Positions 58,894 to 64,000 of a DNA stretch of 64,000 nt are shown in pieces. The stretch is from Candidatus Bathyarchaeia archaeon (GTDB lineage Archaea; Thermoproteota; Bathyarchaeia; Bathyarchaeales; Bathycorpusculaceae). The DNA lies in NCBI GenBank assembly GCA_049516875.1, contig JBEKSS010000001.1:192001-256000 (forward strand). Direction: 5' to 3'. The stretch's first letter is position 1; each line of letters begins with the position of its first letter. The notes under the pieces were generated by a model, which saw only the letters and a list, made by a program, of their open reading frames with translations, did not search any database and was not told the DNA's origin. The position numbers and the translations under genes were made by a program.

Positions 58894-58996
58894 AACACTT
58901 TGAAGACTTGCGGATTTGAACAAATCGCATGTGCCGCGAAATGTTTCTCTTCGATTGAAAATTCAAGGTTGGCTCAAGAACTGACTGAAACCACGT

Positions 58997-59665
58997 CTAG
59001 GATAATTTAGATATCTTTATGACTTTGAAGACTTCGCAGTACTTGCCTTTTCCTGTCATGGTTCCTCGGTATCTCGCGAGGCCTTTGAAAGCTTCATCGT
59101 ATGGGTTCATCTTGATCTGTGATTCGTGCTTCCTCAAGGCAGCAACTTTTTTGTCGATGAATTCCGAGATGTCTTCAACATACTCGAAATCTGAGAGCGG
59201 CGTCCAGACTTCATAGGCCAACACGGTCTCGGCAGACCAAGGAGACCCTTTGTACTCCTGAAACAGAGGAACACTAGCCCTTCCCAATGATTCATTCACA
59301 AGCTGGAAAGTCGCTCTGTGATCCTGATGAGCATCAGACGGATGATGAACATAGATTATGTTCGGTTGTTTCTTCCTAATCAGTTCCACCAGCTTTTTCA
59401 AGCTGCCCTGATCGTATTCCAAGTGGCCGTCGGGTTTTTTTAGGTATGTCAAATCTTGAAAACCAATTGCTTGAGCGGCGTTTCTAGCTTCTTCTTCTCT
59501 TATTCTTGCCAATTCCGCTTTGGAGTAGTCTAGACTGCCAGCCTCTCCAGAGGTCATGTAACAGGCTGAGACCCGATTTCCTAGTTTTACGTGCTTTGCT
59601 AAACTGCCGCCACATCCGATAATGTCGTCATCAGGATGTGCTGCAAAAACAAGTATACGCTTCAT
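58997..59665 (-). CDS. PIG-L/LmbE family deacetylase
   Basis: AHPDD, GEAG, R..E, HQDH, HESQ. Confidence 0.92.
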   Translation of the reverse strand: MKRILVFAAHPDDDIIGCGGSLAKHVKLGNRVSACYMTSGEAGSLDYSKAELARIREEEARNAAQAIGFQDLTYLKKPDGHLEYDQGSLKKLVELIRKKQPNIIYVHHPSDAHQDHRATFQLVNESLGRASVPLFQEYKGSPWSAETVLAYEVWTPLSDFEYVEDISEFIDKKVAALRKHESQIKMNPYDEAFKGLARYRGTMTGKGKYCEVFKVIKISKLS

Positions 59666-59794
59666 AATAAACTTGCCTTAGCTGCCATTTCTATTAAATA
59701 TTTGCCCCTCCGTTGCCGATTTTACCTGAAAGCCGCGTCCGAATCATAAGCTCGCCACCAGCCGTGCACGTTTCATAAAGGATCCGAGTTAGAC

Positions 59795-60781
59795 CTAGGA
59801 TATATAAGTCAGAGCGGTAGCGATGGCTCCATAGAGGCCAATGTCGTCGCCTAAGGGTGTAACCATTATTTTGGGGATTCTGTTTATTACGTAGTCTTTC
59901 ACATGTTTTGTTATTGGAGACATGACCATCTTCTTGTTCTTCAGCGTCACGGTCCCACCGACAGTGATCAGTGATGGATCATACGCGTTTACAACGTTCG
60001 CAAAGCCTATTGCGTTTAATACGCCAATTTCCTTGACCAGTTCCACGGACATATTGTCGGCTTCTTTTGCGGCAGCGAACAAGTCACTTGCAGTCAACCT
60101 TGACAAATTGCCTCCTATCCTTTTGAGCAGCAAACTTTGCTTCACTGCTTTTTCGGGCATGTCTTTGAGTCTCATCCTAATGAAGTTTGGGATGTTGCTC
60201 CCTGAACAGTAAGCTTCCCAGTGGCCCCGCTTTCCGCAGCCGCACGTAAGCCTGCCCTCAAAGTCTATGACGATATGACCGACTTCGTGAGCGTTCCCGT
60301 CTTTTCCCAAAAGCAAAGTGCCGTTAACCATAGCTCCGCAGCCTATGCCGGTGCTTATGGTTATGTAGGCATAGTTGTCCAATCCTTTTGCAGCCCCAAA
60401 CATTTTTTCGCCAAGAGCCGCTCCAGCAGCATCGTTGATCAAGCATGAGGGTATGCCCAGTTGCTCTGAGACAGGTTTCGTGAGGGGCACGTAATCAAAC
60501 GGCATGGCCGTAGGATGGATGAGTGCGCCTTCTCTTTGGACCAGAGGACCCGTGGCCGCTATGCCGACGCCCCTTATAGATTTGACGTCACAGCCATGTT
60601 TGCTGCATAAGAAACGCGCAAGCCTGATCATCTGGTCGCTAACTGCCTTGGCACTGCTCTTGTCAACTTTTTCACTTGTTTTCGCCACGAAGTGCCCCTT
60701 TTCGTCTGTAAGAACAACTCTTACCCAAGTGCCTCCTAGATCTATCCCCATCCAGCGTTCGCCCTTAACCAAGCTCCTCAC
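59795..60781 (-). CDS. ROK family sugar kinase
   Basis: DLGGT, ND, STGIG, EVGH, CGCG..GHWE. Confidence 0.93.
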   Translation of the reverse strand: MRSLVKGERWMGIDLGGTWVRVVLTDEKGHFVAKTSEKVDKSSAKAVSDQMIRLARFLCSKHGCDVKSIRGVGIAATGPLVQREGALIHPTAMPFDYVPLTKPVSEQLGIPSCLINDAAGAALGEKMFGAAKGLDNYAYITISTGIGCGAMVNGTLLLGKDGNAHEVGHIVIDFEGRLTCGCGKRGHWEAYCSGSNIPNFIRMRLKDMPEKAVKQSLLLKRIGGNLSRLTASDLFAAAKEADNMSVELVKEIGVLNAIGFANVVNAYDPSLITVGGTVTLKNKKMVMSPITKHVKDYVINRIPKIMVTPLGDDIGLYGAIATALTYIS

Positions 60782-60920
60782 CCACAGAAAACACGTGCTA
60801 CTGCGCTAACATCTCGTACGTGCAGTTTTTATGATTTGTGGGGGTTTTCTGCTAACGTGGGTTAGCCGTTTCAAACCTGTATATGCGGTCGTAAACAAGC
60901 TATGGGTCTGATGTAAGAAA

Positions 60921-61287
60921 ATGGACCACACAGTCGTTCATTTTGACATCCCTACAAACGATGTCGCAAAATTGAGGAAGTCCTACGCGAATTTGTTTGG
61001 ATGGAAGAAGGAAAAGTGGCCTGGATCGGGAATGGAATACTGGGTGATTGAGACGGTTCCGCAAGATAAGAAAGGACGCCTGCTCAGACCAGGCGTCAAC
61101 GGTGGCATTGGAAAGAGACAGAGAGACGAAAGCCGCTTAACTGCATCTCGCAGAATCCGTCGACGAATACAGTAAGAGAATAGAGAAGCTCGGAGGCAAG
61201 ATTACTGTTCCTAAGCAAGAGATTCCTTGAATAGGCTGGTTTGCTATGGCAGTTGATCCAGAAGGCAACCCATTCGCTATAATGTAA
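60921..61287 (+). pseudogene. VOC/glyoxalase family gene, frameshift plus nonsense codon
   Basis: VVHFDIP...LFGW...NGG, then shifted frame ESVDEY..IEKLGGKI..PKQEIP*IGWFA..DPEGNPF. Confidence 0.85.
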
Positions 61288-61417
61288 CTCATGGAAACGT
61301 AGTACCTCTGCTCTGACAAAACTCGATTCTTTTTTTCAATTCTTGTTCTCTTTTTTGCTCTCAGTAGGCGCGCTCTGAGCACATCGTCGTTGAAGCGCGC
61401 GCTAACCAAAAAGACCT

Positions 61418-61810
61418 CTACGTTATCAGAACTGCCTCTCTGACACTCTTGAAGTGCATGTCTCCAGTCAAAACCTTCGCCTTAAGCCTTCTTGCCGTAG
61501 CCAACACGTATGCATCGGCCAACCCGAAATCTTTTTCAGTTTTTCGCATTTCTGCGTGCAGAACACCAGCTTCCTTCGAGATTTCCTCATTAACACTGAC
61601 AACTTGTGAATCACTCAACAGAATGTCGTAAGCAGCTTCCACATCCTGTCCATCTCTAGCCGCCTTGCTTATGACCTCGGCAACAGTCACCGCACAAGTA
61701 TACGCTTCATTATTCTCCTCTCCAAAAACAGTGGCAACCTTTGACCCACACTTGCTCCCAATGAGGTACTCTACCCAAGCGTACGCATCCACGACAAACC
61801 TCTTAGTCAT
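61418..61810 (-). CDS. vapC: VapC PIN-domain toxin
   Basis: VVDAYAW, AE, LADA, LTGD.HF. Confidence 0.9.
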   Translation of the reverse strand: MTKRFVVDAYAWVEYLIGSKCGSKVATVFGEENNEAYTCAVTVAEVISKAARDGQDVEAAYDILLSDSQVVSVNEEISKEAGVLHAEMRKTEKDFGLADAYVLATARRLKAKVLTGDMHFKSVREAVLIT

Positions 61811-61997
61811 GCGCTTTCAACTCGTCTTCAGCAGCAAAGCGGCTCATACCTCTAAGAACGCCAAAACCATCCTTTCTAACCTTCTTGACAGCTATCTCGA
61901 GGATTTCTCCCTCTCTGATTCTCTTGCTTTCCACAAGCTCCTTAGGCAAAGTAACCACTAAAGAACCGCCGACCCTGCGCGTTTTAACCACAGCCAC
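61803..61997 (-). CDS. AbrB/MazE-type antitoxin
   Basis: KTRRVGGSLVVTLPKE; overlaps toxin start. Confidence 0.9.
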   Translation of the reverse strand: MAVVKTRRVGGSLVVTLPKELVESKRIREGEILEIAVKKVRKDGFGVLRGMSRFAAEDELKAHD

Positions 61998-62171
61998 AGT
62001 ATCACTGCCATTAAACTAAATAACACTAAAGTTATATTTAACAATTCCGCAGGAGCCAAATCAACGTCCCTAGAAATAGGCTACCTTGTCTTTCTCTTCC
62101 TTCAACTCATATAGCGCGCGCTCAGCCATGTTTATAAGCGCTCAACACTATTGAGCAAATTGCAGGGGGTC

Positions 62172-62209
62172 ACATGTCTGAATCGGAATGGAGATGTCTC
62201 CAGACATGT
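62172..62209. promoter_or_regulatory. Inverted repeat upstream of a winged-helix gene (candidate operator)
   Basis: ACATGTCTG...CAGACATGT with inner GGAGA-TG-TCTCC, upstream of an AT-rich promoter-like stretch. Confidence 0.4.
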
Positions 62210-62282
62210 TTCACAAATCGTAATATAGGTTAAATCTTTTAAAGGGCGAAGGATATACAAGAAACGGGCAAGATGATTTGAA

Positions 62283-62615
62283 ATGAAAGACGGAGAAGAG
62301 AAGAAGGCGATACACATTCTGACGGATCCGAAGCTTTCGGCGATTAAAGCCATGCTTGAAAAAGACCATGCAATAGACTGCATTCTGCTGCTCAACATGA
62401 ACCGTGGAAAATGGAAGGAAGCGAAGGATTTCATGCGCCAAAACCGTTTGACGCTCAGCGATGGCACTTTCAGGGCCAGAATGATAGAAATCGAACAGCT
62501 AGGCCTGGCCAAGAGCGAGCGAATAGACCCACTCAAGAAACTCTACAAAATAACGCCACAGGGCAAAAAAATCGCGGAGCTACTCATAGGACTGTTCGAC
62601 AAACTGGAACAATAA
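62283..62615 (+). CDS. Winged-helix protein (HxlR/MarR-like)
   Basis: LSDGTFRARMIEIEQLGL, YKITPQGKKIA. Confidence 0.8.
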   Translation: MKDGEEKKAIHILTDPKLSAIKAMLEKDHAIDCILLLNMNRGKWKEAKDFMRQNRLTLSDGTFRARMIEIEQLGLAKSERIDPLKKLYKITPQGKKIAELLIGLFDKLEQ

Positions 62616-62813
62616 TCCCGAAAAAGGCAAACGCGCACAACTGTACAACACTTCTTTTTTCAACGTTCACTGTACACTAGGCTGGCCGTCCTTCCTTGGA
62701 GTTTGCGTATTTTTGTCATACACATAGGTAATCTTGTGTAGTGAGTCGTAAGATTTAAAAGTGTAGCCTCCACTAAAATACTCAATAACTCCAGAAGGAG
62801 GGATAAGAAAAAA

Positions 62814-63236
62814 ATGAAAATATTGAGAAGCAGAAAAGCCCTAAGCCCCGTAGTAGCCTCAATCATACTCATCGCCGTAACAGTCGCAGTCAGCATAGCA
62901 GTAGCAGCATGGATGGGAGCACTAACATTCAACTTCATGGCAACAGAACAAGGACAAGTGACAAATCTAACATTCACAGTGGGAGACGCTACCAGTGGAA
63001 AGATTATGGTCACATTCAATAACACTGGAACGAACGCCATAACAATCAATGAATTGTGGGTGAATAACGCGAAGGTAACAACCGGCATAAGCCCAGCATT
63101 AGGCACGTCAACATTAGCTAATTCAGGAACCCAGTACACGGTGACAATAGCTGTTGTTGCAGGCTCCCAGTACGAAGTTAAATTGGTGTCCTCGAAGGGC
63201 AACGCATTCCCAAGATCTGGCACAGCGCCCACCTAG
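62814..63236 (+). CDS. Type IV pilin/archaellin-like protein
   Basis: RKA|LSPVVASIILIAVTVAVSIAVAAW class III signal peptide. Confidence 0.9.
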   Translation: MKILRSRKALSPVVASIILIAVTVAVSIAVAAWMGALTFNFMATEQGQVTNLTFTVGDATSGKIMVTFNNTGTNAITINELWVNNAKVTTGISPALGTSTLANSGTQYTVTIAVVAGSQYEVKLVSSKGNAFPRSGTAPT

Positions 63237-63318
63237 TCTCCCTTTATTTCACTAATGTCAAGGGCGGGGTGAAGAATCCATAGTTTCCCATATTGTTTCA
63301 TGTTTGGAGGTGCAATGA

Positions 63319-63744
63319 ATGGTTGTGGAAATAAAAGAGTACGGTTCAGCAGAAGAGATAGCAGAAACCTTGGATAAAGATATTTCCGAAACGAAAAGCA
63401 CGTTAGGCGAGTACCTGCGTCGGTTGGATGACATCAGAGCCTTGGCTGAGAAGTCGAAGAAGATTCGTGAGGTAGTCATGAAGCTCGCTGGAAAGAAGGC
63501 GTCGTCTGAAAGCTTGGGAGAGATTTCAGTCGGCAGTTTGAGCATAGTGTTGGATGCAAATCCGTTCCACGAGTTGACGGCCATCGAGGAAGTTGTGCGA
63601 AGCCATCAGGAAAGGTTGCTGGTTTTGCAGAAGGCTCGCGACGCGTTAAAATGGCTTGACCAGCTCGGCGACACCGAAGGCCTAAAGTATCTCGTCATTG
63701 AGAGCGACGGCGTTCCTGAACGAATACTCTTCAGAATAACTTAG
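63319..63744 (+). CDS. Coiled-coil hypothetical protein
   Basis: Good RBS (GGAGGTG), 141 aa helical ORF. Confidence 0.75.
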   Translation: MVVEIKEYGSAEEIAETLDKDISETKSTLGEYLRRLDDIRALAEKSKKIREVVMKLAGKKASSESLGEISVGSLSIVLDANPFHELTAIEEVVRSHQERLLVLQKARDALKWLDQLGDTEGLKYLVIESDGVPERILFRIT

Positions 63745-63763
63745 CCAGACGAGAAGTGAAAAC

Positions 63764-64000
63764 ATGGAAAACGACGTTTACTCTTTTGCCTTAAGGAACA
63801 CTCTGAACGAAATCACTAACGCATGCCCAGACATCCAAAGCATTTTCTTGTTCAAAGAAGACGGTGACATCATAAGCGGAGAAGAAAAAGCCCAAGAAGA
63901 AGCCGCAGTGCACACTGTCGACGCACTTGATGACGTTCTGGAAAAAGCTCAAACCCTAGGCGGCGTGCAAAACATAATCCTTGAGGGCACGAAGGGCACC
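63764..64000 (+). CDS. Hypothetical protein with possible roadblock-like N-terminal domain (runs off the window end)
   Basis: MENDVYSFALRNTLNEITNACPDIQSIFLFKEDGDII..., open to the window end. Confidence 0.6.
   Translation, partial: MENDVYSFALRNTLNEITNACPDIQSIFLFKEDGDIISGEEKAQEEAAVHTVDALDDVLEKAQTLGGVQNIILEGTKGT

Noticed and set aside
21792-61230. In-frame TGA at probable Gly positions (21792-21794 and 61228-61230) suggesting stop-codon recoding
   Set aside because: TGA terminates many intact conserved genes here (psmA, rrp42, rrp4, ecfT), and the VOC gene also has a frameshift; simple nonsense mutations are more likely.

Overview
Archaeal chromosomal window, most consistent with Bathyarchaeia/TACK (inferred from the exosome-proteasome superoperon, a TackOD1-type Zn protein, PEF/PVGG-type C-terminal anchors and BHB tRNA introns). 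About 1-17.7 kb is core: moeA, endonuclease IV, a type IV pilus operon, a frameshifted hxlB, an ECF transporter and psmA-SBDS-rrp4/41/42-rpl37ae-pcc1-pfdB. About 17.8-49.3 kb is a mosaic of 1-3 gene accessory modules (FprA/DUF438, glycosylase, radical SAM, GNATs, AOR, three-part glutamate synthase, STAND-TPR, 2H phosphoesterase, a divergent second proteasome alpha-like gene) around intron-containing tRNA-Leu(TAG) and tRNA-Thr(GGT). It includes a decayed tyrosine-integrase island and several orphan att-like sites. About 49.4-64 kb mixes core genes (rpiA, tRNA-Met with a variable-loop intron, RPA, Hsp20, IMPase) with pseudogenes and a VapBC pair. Three unexplained signals stand out. (1) Alternating purine-pyrimidine tracts (GCGCGCGC-type) sit at module boundaries and exactly at gene-truncation points. 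(2) A 151-bp non-coding element is present twice in inverted orientation, and its orientation matches a strong local C/A versus G/T strand skew. (3) A tRNA-Leu-3'-end plus conserved-arm site is repeated four times. All family calls are from motif recognition, not database searches.
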